Source: Candidatus Schekmanbacteria bacterium (GTDB taxonomy: Bacteria; SZUA-182). From it: a stretch of 62,964 nucleotides of DNA. Position numbers and translations under genes: made by a program. Location of the stretch: NCBI GenBank assembly GCA_016235675.1, contig JACRJN010000002.1, forward strand, positions 1 through 62,964, read 5' to 3'. Below are positions 45,631 to 57,000 of this stretch, piece by piece. Below the pieces are notes generated by a model. That model was not told where the DNA came from and ran no database searches. It saw only the letters and a program-made list of their open reading frames with translations. Position 1 is the first letter of the stretch; every line of letters begins with the position of its first letter.

Positions 45631-46574
45631 AAAACCGCCCCTTTATTCAAAACACCTTGCATCCATTCCAAGGTCTTTTTCAACCCTTCGTCCAAACCGA
45701 CTTCAGGTTCCCAACCCAGTTTTTCCCTGGCCAGGGTTATATCCGGCTGACGTACCTTGGGATCATCGACCGGCAGGGGTTTAAATTCCAGCGGATTATT
45801 TTGTGCGCTCATTTGTAAAAGCTTATGAGCCAAATCTACAACCAGCATCTCATTGGGATTGCCGATGTTAACCGGCTCCGGATAATCCGAGAGCATTAAC
45901 CGGTAAATGCCCTCAATCAAATCGGAAACATAGCAAAAACTGCGTGTTTGCCGGCCATCGCCGAAAATCGTCAAAGGCTCACCCTTAATCAATTGGCGCA
46001 TCAGGGTGGGGACTACCCGGCCATCGTATAAGCGCATTCTCGGCCCGTAGGTATTAAAAATACGCACAATTCGGGTTTCCAGACCATGAGTACGCTGATA
46101 GGCCATAACCAAGGCTTCGGAAAAACGTTTCGCCTCATCATATACGCCGCGCGGCCCGATGGGATTGACATTTCCCCAGTAGCTTTCCTTTTGGGGATGC
46201 ACCAGGGGATCGCCGTAAACCTCAGAGGTAGACGCCAGTAAAAAGCGCGCCTGCTTTTCTTTGGCCAAGCCTAGAGCTTTGTGAGTTCCCAAGGAACCGA
46301 CTTTTAAGGTTTGGATTGGATATTCCAGATAATCTATCGGGCTGGCGGGACTGGCTAAATGAAAGATATAATCCAGGTGCCCTTCGATAAAGATATAATT
46401 GGTGACATCGTGTTTGACGAACAGGAAGTCTTGGTTATAGAGGTGGGCAATATTATCGATGCTTCCGGTGAGCAGGTTATCCATACAGATAACCTGAAAA
46501 TTTTTATTTAAAAGATATTCGCAAAGATGAGAACCTAAAAACCCGGCACCGCCGGTAACTAGCGCTCGTGGCAT
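45627..46574 (-). CDS. uxs: UDP-glucuronate decarboxylase (UDP-xylose synthase)
   Basis: [43 protein letters not shown]. Confidence 0.85.
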   Translation of the reverse strand: MPRALVTGGAGFLGSHLCEYLLNKNFQVICMDNLLTGSIDNIAHLYNQDFLFVKHDVTNYIFIEGHLDYIFHLASPASPIDYLEYPIQTLKVGSLGTHKALGLAKEKQARFLLASTSEVYGDPLVHPQKESYWGNVNPIGPRGVYDEAKRFSEALVMAYQRTHGLETRIVRIFNTYGPRMRLYDGRVVPTLMRQLIKGEPLTIFGDGRQTRSFCYVSDLIEGIYRLMLSDYPEPVNIGNPNEMLVVDLAHKLLQMSAQNNPLEFKPLPVDDPKVRQPDITLAREKLGWEPEVGLDEGLKKTLEWMQGVLNKGAVL

Positions 46575-46791
46575 ATTTTGTTAAATCCTCTCGTTTAAAA
46601 TGCCCAGTTTCAATTCAAAAATTTAAAATTAAAAATGCAAAATTGAAATTCAAAATTAAATCAGTGTTGTCCGGTTAGGTTTTTTGCGTTATAGATTTTC
46701 CCCCTTTGGCAAAGGGGGATTAAGGGGGATTTTCAAATAATGCCTTTAAACAACAAGATTTTTGAGGGAAGTTATAAGAAAATCTCCCCTA

Positions 46792-46887
46792 ATCTGTTAT
46801 GTAATAATACGATTGCCCGCCCCGTGACATGATGAGCGGCTCGTCTATGCCGGGGCCGTGGGTGTATCTTGCCACAATGTCACCATT
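46792..46887 (-). pseudogene. 32-codon relic of an RHS core (NGDIVARYTHGPGIDEPLIMSRGGQSYYYITD*)
   Basis: By eye roughly four-fifths of the nucleotides match 47884-47975 of the adjacent RHS gene (..VTARYTHGPGIDEPLIMQKGGQLYYYITD..). No start codon. Confidence 0.7.
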
Positions 46888-46897
46888 AACTCATGTT

Positions 46898-47182
46898 TTA
46901 GAAAAACCGGTAAATCATTAATCCCCCTACAAATAGAAAAACTACCCCCCCCCCAAAAAAAGGTATTCTTAAAAAGATTATTGGATATCTATCTGTTGAG
47001 GCAATATATTTATAGAAAGGTATTTTTTTCACTAAATAACTTTCTGTCTTGAGTTGGAAATCAAGTGCGCTTTTTGACATCCATCCATTAAAGAAAATAC
47101 AACAAAACCCTATAATTGCAAATATAATTCCAGCAAATAAATTTTCTAACTTGTTCATTTTATTTGCAATCCTTTTTGCCAA
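46898..47182 (-). CDS. Small two-TM membrane protein, a possible immunity partner of the RHS C-terminal domain
   Basis: 94 aa. Hydrophobic LFAGIIFAIIGFCCIFF and GGGVVFLFVGGLMIY. Overlaps the RHS stop by 23 nt. AT-rich. The functional call is positional only. Confidence 0.3.
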   Translation of the reverse strand: MAKRIANKMNKLENLFAGIIFAIIGFCCIFFNGWMSKSALDFQLKTESYLVKKIPFYKYIASTDRYPIIFLRIPFFGGGVVFLFVGGLMIYRFF

Positions 47183-48782
47183 ATTTCATAAACTCCCAAA
47201 CGTAATACCGAGTCAAAGAAATTCCCGGCGAAACTATTCCCACTGCCCAATATGTGTCATATGGATGCTTGTCGCCATAACCACCAATCACGCCAAGCCA
47301 AGCAGGTGTACCTATAGAAAGTTCCACATTCCAGCCCGGAGTTGGATCAGAGGAAGACCAAGTAATTCCACCTCCCAAGCCAGGCATCGTAGCACCACCA
47401 CCCAAATAAGGGTAAATCCCTTTGTCGCTTATCATAACGCCTCCCGTTGTGCCGCCACCGGCCTTTCCCCACTGTAAATTTATATCTATATACCAAAGTC
47501 CCCAGGGGTCGGTATGATTAATCGAGTTGTTTCTTGCATATAGATATCCATTGACGAAAAGGCTTGGGTGAGTCAAATATAAGCGTAGCAAGTAGTCAAT
47601 GAAGGCTGCTTCAATTGATCCCTTCTTAACGCTTTGTTTGTCCAAGATAAGTTGGGCAACGTTTAATTTGTCTTCCGCTAAGAATCTACCAATCTTCGAA
47701 TCAAAATACCTGGAGCGGTAACAATACAACCCACTTTCAGCGTCGAATTCACGGGCGGTATAGGTGTAGGAGTTCGCCACCCCTTCGGTTTTGGATACGA
47801 TACGCCCAAAGGAATCATAAGCATAGTTGTTGACCACGTTTCCAACCGAATTCACCAGCTTTATCACCGAACCCAAACCATCAGTGATGTAGTAATACAA
47901 TTGCCCGCCTTTTTGCATGATGAGCGGTTCGTCGATGCCGGGACCGTGGGTGTATCTTGCCGTGACGTTGTCATTATTGTCGGTTTCCAAGAGAATGTCT
48001 TCATTGTCGTAGAGATATTTGGTGATGGTTCCGTTTACGTTTTTAGCCACCCGGCGGCCAAAGCCGTCGTAGATGTAGGTTGAAATAAAATAAGGGGACG
48101 TCTCTCCTGGATGATATTTTTCGATTTTAATTAATTGATTTTCGGGACTCCAGTAAAATCTCATTTTTTCTTGAGTGGCTTTGTCAAATTTCAGTAGGGT
48201 ATTGCCGTTGCGGTTATAGCCATAGACATTATCCGCATCCTCCAGCAGTCTATTGGCGGTGTCATATGTCCCGCCTAAACGGTTGCCGACCGGGTCGTAG
48301 CTGTAATTTTCAGATGGCTGGTTGAGATGGGTGGCGCCGGTTAATTGGTAGACGCCGTCATAACTATAGGTATGCGTCCCGTACTCATCGGTCATGGTCA
48401 GGCGGTTGCCGACGCGGTCGTAGGTGTAGGTGTAGGTGGCGATGGGTGTTCCGTTCATTTGCCAGGTCAGGTTGGTCAGGCGGTTGCCCATGTCGTAGGT
48501 GTAGGAGGCGGTCAGGCCGGTGGAATGGGTCAGGCCGGTTCTTTTACCGATGGCGTCGTAGGTAAAGGTGATAATCTGTCCGGCCGGGTTGGTGATTTTG
48601 GTGAGACGATCCAAGGCGTCGTATTCGTAGGTTGTCGTGCCGGAAGGATCGGTCATGCTGTTGCGTAACTCCATGATGTCGTAAGTATAGGATGAGTCGC
48701 TTGCGGTAATTTTTTCACTGCCCCAGGCTGAGTTTACTGTTATAAAGAGAATCAAACAAAAAAACGTTGCTTTTAATTTCAT
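47160..48782 (-). CDS. Short secreted RHS/YD-repeat protein with a Gly-rich C-terminal domain after a DPWGL boundary
   Basis: Signal peptide. More than 10 YD repeats (YEYDALDRLT, FTYDAIGKRT, YTYDMGNRL, YTYDRVGNRL..). Core end NSINHTDPWGL, then 111 aa of KAGGGTTGG..LGGGATMPGLGGG. Confidence 0.8.
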   Translation of the reverse strand: MKLKATFFCLILFITVNSAWGSEKITASDSSYTYDIMELRNSMTDPSGTTTYEYDALDRLTKITNPAGQIITFTYDAIGKRTGLTHSTGLTASYTYDMGNRLTNLTWQMNGTPIATYTYTYDRVGNRLTMTDEYGTHTYSYDGVYQLTGATHLNQPSENYSYDPVGNRLGGTYDTANRLLEDADNVYGYNRNGNTLLKFDKATQEKMRFYWSPENQLIKIEKYHPGETSPYFISTYIYDGFGRRVAKNVNGTITKYLYDNEDILLETDNNDNVTARYTHGPGIDEPLIMQKGGQLYYYITDGLGSVIKLVNSVGNVVNNYAYDSFGRIVSKTEGVANSYTYTAREFDAESGLYCYRSRYFDSKIGRFLAEDKLNVAQLILDKQSVKKGSIEAAFIDYLLRLYLTHPSLFVNGYLYARNNSINHTDPWGLWYIDINLQWGKAGGGTTGGVMISDKGIYPYLGGGATMPGLGGGITWSSSDPTPGWNVELSIGTPAWLGVIGGYGDKHPYDTYWAVGIVSPGISLTRYYVWEFMKFGKKDCK

Positions 48783-48803
48783 TTCAACTTTTATTTTTCT
48801 TTT

Positions 48804-50093
48804 TTATCGCCCGATACCGTAATATTCAAAACCCAACTTTTTCTTCACCCTGGGGTCATAGATATTGCGCCCGTCAAAAACCAGCGGCTGCTTCATAATG
48901 GCTTTTATGCGCTCCAGATTAAGCAATTTAAATTCCCGCCATTCGGTGATAATTACCAGCGCATCCGCATCTTTGGCTGCTTCATAAGGATTTTCGCAAT
49001 AGATTAGATTGGGATAGACCCGCTTACAATTTTCCATGGCTACCGGGTCGTAAGTCTTGACCACCGCGCCTTTTTTCAGGAAACGCTCAATCAACTCCAG
49101 GGATTTGGCTTCCCGCAAGTCATCGGTATCAGGTTTGAACGCCAATCCCAGCATGGCCAGCACTTTTCCGCTCAAGTCTCCCATCCGTCCTTCTATCGTT
49201 CCCATGAAATGGTCGACCCGTCCCTCATTTATAGTGATAACCTCCCGCAGCAGACCGAAATCGATACCGTATTTGGCGGCGGTGTGGAATAATGATTCGG
49301 TATCCTTGGGAAAGCAGGAACCGCCGTAGCCCAGACCGGCCTGGAGAAAATCCGGGCCGATGCGGGAATCCCAGCCCATACCTTTAGCCACCTGGAGAAC
49401 ATCCGCGTCCACCTTTTCGCAAATATCGGCGATGGCGTTGATAAAGGATATTTTGGTAGCCAAAAATGAGTTGGAGGCATATTTAATCATCTCGGCGCTG
49501 GGGACATCGGTAATCAGCATCGGGCGTTCCAAAGTGGAGTATAATTCCAATAATTTCATGGCCACTTTGTGCGACGGCGCCCCGATAACGATGCGGTCAG
49601 GATGAAGGGTATCCTTTATCGCCGAGCCTTCACGCAAAAATTCCGGATTGGAGACTACATCGAAATCTACTTGTTTTTGCTTATTTTTTCCCACAATTTC
49701 CCGTACCAGATTGCCGGTGCCGACCGGGACGGTGCTTTTATTGATGATTATTTTGTAATCGTTGATATATTCAGCGATTTCACCGGCTACCTGCTTTACC
49801 TGACTTAAATCGGTTTCTCCATTGTCTTTGGGAGGGGTGCCGACCGCAATAAAAATCAATTCCGATTTTTCCACGCCGTTTTGGATGCTGGTAGTGAAAA
49901 AGAGACGTTTGTCGGACATATTGCGCCGTACCATCTCTTCCAAACCGGGTTCATAAATGGGCATTACCCCTTTATTTAAGTTGCGGACTTTCTCTTCATT
50001 GCTGTCGACACAAATAATTTCATTACCCAAATCGGCGAAAACCGCACCCGTTACCAAACCGACATAGCCGGTACCGATGACACAAATATTCAT
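48804..50093 (-). CDS. ugd: UDP-glucose 6-dehydrogenase
   Basis: MNICVIGTGYVGLVTGA, GYGGSCFPKD, GLAFKPDTDDLREA. Confidence 0.9.
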   Translation of the reverse strand: MNICVIGTGYVGLVTGAVFADLGNEIICVDSNEEKVRNLNKGVMPIYEPGLEEMVRRNMSDKRLFFTTSIQNGVEKSELIFIAVGTPPKDNGETDLSQVKQVAGEIAEYINDYKIIINKSTVPVGTGNLVREIVGKNKQKQVDFDVVSNPEFLREGSAIKDTLHPDRIVIGAPSHKVAMKLLELYSTLERPMLITDVPSAEMIKYASNSFLATKISFINAIADICEKVDADVLQVAKGMGWDSRIGPDFLQAGLGYGGSCFPKDTESLFHTAAKYGIDFGLLREVITINEGRVDHFMGTIEGRMGDLSGKVLAMLGLAFKPDTDDLREAKSLELIERFLKKGAVVKTYDPVAMENCKRVYPNLIYCENPYEAAKDADALVIITEWREFKLLNLERIKAIMKQPLVFDGRNIYDPRVKKKLGFEYYGIGR

Positions 50094-50111
50094 ACTGCGG
50101 ACTTCCCTCGT

Positions 50112-50172
50112 CGTAGTCGTAGTGCCAGGGCTTTAGCCCTGGAAGTTCAGCCCTAAAGGGCTGGGACTACGG
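50112..50172. repeat. Family E element
   Basis: CGTAGTCGTAGTGCCAGGGCTTTAGCCCTGGAAGTTCAGCCCTAAAGGGCTGGGACTACGG. Nearly identical to 35176-35231. Confidence 0.85.
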
Positions 50173-50273
50173 AATTTAAAATTTTTTCCTGATGCAAACA
50201 AAAAGGTTTGCCTGTTTATACGCGACCAAATAATATCAGGCCATCAAATTTGGTGGGCAGAGCCCACCCTGCT

Positions 50274-50561
50274 TTATTTTTCGTTTGCCTTAAACTTATA
50301 AATCACTTCATCCGGTTTCACCCAGCCTAATTTCTCCCGAATCTGTTTTTCCAGCCAGAATTTATCATCCGTGAAGTATTCAATCTCGTTTTGGAGTTTT
50401 ACATTTTCCTGATGGATATTATCTATCTGTTCGACCAAATCATTATATTCTTGTAAATTATTTCGGATTTGCTTTACCCCCCCCTGCCCGAACCACCCGG
50501 CCCAAAATAATCCGCTTACAATGAATAAAAGCAGGAAAGCTGCAATTTGATTAATTTTCAT
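50274..50561 (-). CDS. ftsB: Septum formation initiator (FtsB/DivIC family)
   Basis: One N-terminal TM segment, a coiled coil (NNLQEYNDLVEQIDNIHQENVKLQNEIE), then FWLEKQIREKLGWVKPDE. Confidence 0.7.
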   Translation of the reverse strand: MKINQIAAFLLLFIVSGLFWAGWFGQGGVKQIRNNLQEYNDLVEQIDNIHQENVKLQNEIEYFTDDKFWLEKQIREKLGWVKPDEVIYKFKANEK

Positions 50562-50570
50562 AGTGTTAAA

Positions 50571-50654
50571 GGCTTGAGACCTGAGACCTGAGACCTGAGG
50601 CTTGAGTGGGGAGGAATTTTATTTCCTCAGGCCTCACCGCTCAAGCCTCACGCC
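50571..50654. repeat. Family C heptad hairpin
   Basis: TGA at 50575, 50582, 50589, 50596, 50603 (exact 7-nt period). The right arm CCTCAGGCCTCACCGCTCAAGCCTCACGCC gives the same phasing on the minus strand. Confidence 0.9.
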
Positions 50655-50658
50655 TATT

Positions 50659-52203
<1,545 letters not shown>

Positions 52204-52232
52204 TGATTTGTATCTCGTATCTCGATTTAAAT

Positions 52233-52502
52233 TTACGCCGTTGCGATTGAATTCACCCGCACAGACAACCGGGACTTCTTCCGGGCGGCATTGTTTTTAT
52301 GAATAACACCCTTGCTGCAAGCTTTATCGATAGTACGAATCGCCGTATGCAATGCGGATTTAGCCTCATCCAAATTCTTGGCTTCGACAGCATTCAATAC
52401 TTTCTTTGCCACAGTCTTAACCTGGGTTTTAACCATCTTGTTGCGTTCATGACGCTTTTCATCCTGACGGAGACTTTTTAATGCTGCTTTATGATTTGCC
52501 AA
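52233..52502 (-). CDS. rpsT: 30S ribosomal protein S20
   Basis: (M)ANHKAALKSLRQDEKRHERNK.. The probable TTG start at 52502 gives the usual MAN.KSA N-terminus. The ORF track starts at GTG 52514. Confidence 0.85.
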   Translation of the reverse strand: MANHKAALKSLRQDEKRHERNKMVKTQVKTVAKKVLNAVEAKNLDEAKSALHTAIRTIDKACSKGVIHKNNAARKKSRLSVRVNSIATA

Positions 52503-52579
52503 AGTAAAAATCACCTCCCTTTTTGAAAACTTATTGAATTTTATCTAAATATACAAAGACTGTCAACTAAAAGATTGCA

Positions 52580-52821
52580 GGCTTGAGACCTGAGGCTTGA
52601 GCGGTGAGGAAAAGCAGTCCCTCATGCCTCAGGCCTCAGGGGGCTGTGCCGCAACTCTTGAAACTGGCATTTTACCTAAAAAAGTCATTGCGAGGAACGA
52701 AGCAATCTCCTGCATCTTATTGAGATTGCTTCACTCCTTCGTCGTTCGCAATGACAATATTGGGAGTTTGATTATAAAATTTGAGTTGCGGCACAGCCCC
52801 TCAGGTCTCAAGCCTCAAGCC
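52580..52821. repeat. Three-level nested composite: heptad arms, then family I, then family A (52684-52755)
   Basis: TGA at 52584, 52591, 52598, 52605. GGGGGCTGTGCCGCAAC .. [A] .. GTTGCGGCACAGCCCC TCAGGTCTCAAGCCTCAAGCC. Confidence 0.85.
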
Positions 52822-52825
52822 TACC

Positions 52826-53905
52826 TCAATATTGCTTAAACAACTTACCCCATTCGGTGTTGAGCATAGCATTAACCCGCGGCCGACCGACAAAAGGGTA
52901 CCAGTAATAATCGTGATAGAGAATTGATGCCACATATGACCAAGGCGCAAGCACGGTACGCAACAGCACTTTTTCCAATGGTTTAAGCGGCCCCCAGTAG
53001 ATCATCTTCTGGCCTTTGCTGGCGAAGGTGTTTTGCTGTCCCTTGAAACGCCAATTGATTTCGGATATATCCTCCCCGACGATCTCCATTTCCCGCACAT
53101 CGCCGCAGCCTAAGCCCATCTCATGCGCCAGGCGGATGAATTTCAGGGACAGCGGGTCAAAGCCCATCATCTTGGCGGATACGGCATCGATCGCCACCTG
53201 ATCGGCGCTGGCCAGTATATAGCCCTTTACCGACGGTTCCATGCAGCGCGGGCCGGGGCCGTCGCCGACGAATGTCCCATCCATGACAGCAAAAATCCCG
53301 CTGTGGATTTCTTTCTGGATCGTCAATAAGTCCACCAGGGTCTCATGGATCACGCTGTGCGTCCAGTGCCGTTTCTCATGCAGCAGCCCGCCGAAGGCGT
53401 TCTTCATCGCCCCGGTCATGGTGGTGAATACATGCGTTTTCATGGTGGGCAGATGGATGATGTTTTCCCCGATCATGCGCCTGGGAATTTGAATTCCCTG
53501 GGGGAAAACCTCAGGCAATACCAGCATTTTCCCTTTCGGTTCATAGCGCACCCATTCTTCACCCTCGTACAGGTGGACATTGCGCAGGCCGTATTTTTCG
53601 ATTACCGGTTTATGCTTATTGTTTTCTTCCCCGCGATGCGAATTAACCACCACCGTGCGGTTATGGCAGCCGTGAATCAATTCGGCTTTATACCCGTCGC
53701 CGAGCAAGGTCTTGATTACCCCCTCCAACTGCCAGGGGGTGGTGGAGCAGGCCGGATAAAAATGGTGCCAGGAAATATTGATTTTTAAAGCGGTGTCTTT
53801 ATCCTTGGGCAGATACTTCTGGTAATCGGCCAGGTGCATCAATTTTTTATAATCTTCCAGCACGGTTTGCGGACTGGTTTTCAAAACCGCGACTTTTGAC
53901 TTCAT
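52826..53905 (-). CDS. DUF362-domain protein
   Basis: ALKINISW, LPTMKTHVFTTMTGAMKNAFGG, VMDGTFVGDGPGP, ASADQVAIDAV, MGLG. Matches the DUF362 block order as I recall it. Confidence 0.65.
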   Translation of the reverse strand: MKSKVAVLKTSPQTVLEDYKKLMHLADYQKYLPKDKDTALKINISWHHFYPACSTTPWQLEGVIKTLLGDGYKAELIHGCHNRTVVVNSHRGEENNKHKPVIEKYGLRNVHLYEGEEWVRYEPKGKMLVLPEVFPQGIQIPRRMIGENIIHLPTMKTHVFTTMTGAMKNAFGGLLHEKRHWTHSVIHETLVDLLTIQKEIHSGIFAVMDGTFVGDGPGPRCMEPSVKGYILASADQVAIDAVSAKMMGFDPLSLKFIRLAHEMGLGCGDVREMEIVGEDISEINWRFKGQQNTFASKGQKMIYWGPLKPLEKVLLRTVLAPWSYVASILYHDYYWYPFVGRPRVNAMLNTEWGKLFKQY

Positions 53906-53924
53906 TGTTTTTTTATCCTAACTT

Positions 53925-54022
53925 TGGTAGCACAGGCTTCCAGCCTGTGTAGGACTCCCGGTTAATTGTGCCGTTTTTGTGTGAGCGTTGCCCACATCAC
54001 AGGCAGGATGCCTGTGCTACCG
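53925..54022. repeat. Family D element
   Basis: TGGTAGCACAGGCTTCCAGCCTGTGT..AATTGTGCCGTTTTTGTGTGAGCGTTGCCCACATCACAGGCAGGATGCCTGTGCTACCG. Confidence 0.85.
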
Positions 54023-54049
54023 ATTTTGAAGCGTAAGTAACAATATCCC

Positions 54050-57000
54050 TCATGCCTCAGCCTTTTTTAACTGATACTGCAACGCCTGGTGAATAAACGC
54101 TTCCAGCCTGATTTTGGTATTGGATTGTTCCACCCCGTCGAAGGCCAAATCCAGGCAGGGAATTTGCCGAAAATCCCGACGCACCCGTTTGAGCACGGCG
54201 GTCACGATATTGCCGGGCATACAGGTAAAAGGCATGGTGTTGATGATCCCGGCCACTCCCTTATTGATGAAATCGACGCTTTTGCCGATACTCAAAGGCG
54301 CCTCCCCCTCGAAAGATGGATCAAGATAAGGGCGGCAATATTCCATAGTATGATTGATAGACGGCTCGTGATTATTGCGCAGCACATCCTGGAAGCATTT
54401 GGCGAAACGCTGCTCTTCCTTTTGCAGGAAACGCTCGGTCATCTGGGTGTGCATAAGGGCGCGGAAATTGCGTCCCAGGCGGTTATGCCTTTTCCCCACA
54501 TAGGCCAGGTACAAAAACCATTCCCGGAGAGGAGGCAGCCAGACTTCACCGCCCAAGGCTTCGATTTCCCGAATCAGATTATTGTTGCTGAAAGGGTTGG
54601 AGCGGACGAAAATCTCACCGACAATCCCCAAAATGGGACGTTTTCCCTTTTTGTGGGGCACCGCTAATAAAGCCTGTTTCAACTGCGGTATTGTTTCCCA
54701 GGTTTTATCCTCCAAAATGGCGGCCTGGACTTTTTGCAGACATTCTTTATAAACCCTGTCGGTTTGACCGGGCGTTAACTCGTAAGGACGGATTTCCCGG
54801 CTCAGTTGATCCAGAAAATCGATAGCCAGTACCCCTTGCCAGAGATGATGGACAAAATCATTGCCCACCAACCCCAAATCCTCGTAAAAAGAAGCGGTTT
54901 GCGCCGGGGCGTAAATGGGTACCTGCTCAAAGCCCAAGTCATCCAGAACCATACGATGGAACATGTTATATTGACCGAAACGGCAAGGGCCGTTGCCTGA
55001 AGGCATAAAAAAGGCCGAACGTGCCGGATCGAAATCGCTGTCTTTGGTCTTTTTAATCATATCGCCGGTAGTCAGAATGCAGGGATAACATTCCCGACCG
55101 GAGGTATAGCGACGTCCCCAGCGGATGCTCTCCTGGTTGCTCTCCGGCATCACCTCGGCCTGCACCCCGTGACGGGTCAGCGCCGCAGCCAGGGCATAAC
55201 AATGATCCGCCATTGCGGGGATAAAGAGCTTGTGCGGGGTGTTTTTGGGTAAAAGAAACTCCCCGCGGATTTCCTTTTCCGGGTGCCAGTTTTTTTCCTT
55301 AATGCTTTCCAGACTATCTTTAAACGCCTCGCAGCGGGTAACGGCTCCGGCATCGGCGGAATGTTCATCCACTTCCAGTTGCAAATAGGGTTTGCCCGCC
55401 ATACGTTTATTGAAAAAATGTCCGATGAAGGAATCCGGGCCGCAGCCGAAATTGGTCAGATAAACCGCGGCAAGCAGCGGATGTTCCCGGATAAAATCCG
55501 CCGCTTTCAAAATACGCTGCCCGTAGCGCCAATACATGTTAGGCCAATCCCGCAACCGGGGATCGTTCTCCAGGGGTAAAAAATCCAGCGGTATCGGTAA
55601 AAATCCCAATTCAGCTAACCTTTGCGGCAGTTCCAGATTCAAGCCTTGATCGCAGCCGTTATAGGGGCGGCTGATAATTACCACCGGCGTTTCATCCGGT
55701 GCCAGACTTGCCAGGATTTCCCGTCCCCGGCGCTGGATATTTGCGGTAAACTCCCCTTGCGCTTCGCCGGCTTTTCGCCAGGCACAACGAACCGCACGCG
55801 CCGGACAGCCCAATTGTTTTCCCAATTCGAGCAGGCACTGTTCCATATGTTGGATTCCGTGATTGGCCTGGATTACCGGCTGCAACAATTTGACCTTGCT
55901 CTTTTTAAAATCGATCGCCCCCTGGAGGGTATAGGGGATGGTCTGCACATAGGGGCAATTCACCCCCCGCTTGGAATCCTTGCAATCCAGGCTGATCATG
56001 CTGGGCAGGAAAATATAATCCAGTTCCTTCTCCAGCAATTCCAGGACATGCCCGTGGGCAATCTTTATGGGAAAGCAGGTTTCGGAACAGACATGCTCCA
56101 GACTTTCCTGAATAATTTGTTTATTGGTACGGCTGGAAAGAATGACCTCCATCCCTAATTCATGGAAAAAGGCGCGCCAAAACGGGAAAAATTCATGGGC
56201 GAACAGACAGCGGGGAATCCCGATTTTAAATTTGGGCTGGACGACTTTCTGGCCGTAATCCTTCAGTAAAAATTGCTCCCGCTCGGCGAATAAATCGATT
56301 GGATTGGATTTAACGCTCTTCTTCTTGCCTTTTTCGAATTTTTCGCAGCGGCTGCCGTAAAAAAGCGGGGCCTCGTTTTGTACGATTACCTTTTTTATCT
56401 CGCAATGGTTGGGGCAAGAGCGGCATTCGAAAGACTCTAATTGATATTCACGCCGCCCTAAGTCAAAACCCTTGAATTTGCTGGGGCTGCCGTCGCTCTT
56501 TTCCTGGGCGATAATCGCCACGCCGATCGCGCCGGTTACCTCATGGTGCGGGGGGACGATGATTTTTTTGCCGGTAACGCTCTCGAAAGCCGCCACCACC
56601 CCTTGATTTGTCGCCACGCCTCCCTGAAAGAAGATCTGATTACCTATTTTGCGTTTGCCTACCACCCGATTCAGATAATTATGTACGATGGAATAGCTCA
56701 ATCCCGCCACCAGGTTTTCCTTGGCCGCCCCCCGCTGCTGATGATGGTGCAGATCCGTTTCCATAAAAACCGTACAGCGCTCACCTAAGGGAGAGGGAGA
56801 GGAAGAGGCCAGAGCCAATCCCCCGAATTCCTCCTTTATGGAGATGCCCAGCTTTTCCGCCTGTTCTTCCAGAAAAGACCCGGTACCGGCGGCGCAAACC
56901 TTATTCATCTCAAAATCGACGACGATCCCGTTTTCCATAGATACGTATTTGGAATCCTGACCGCCGATTTCGAAGATCGTGTCTACTTTGGGATCGATTG

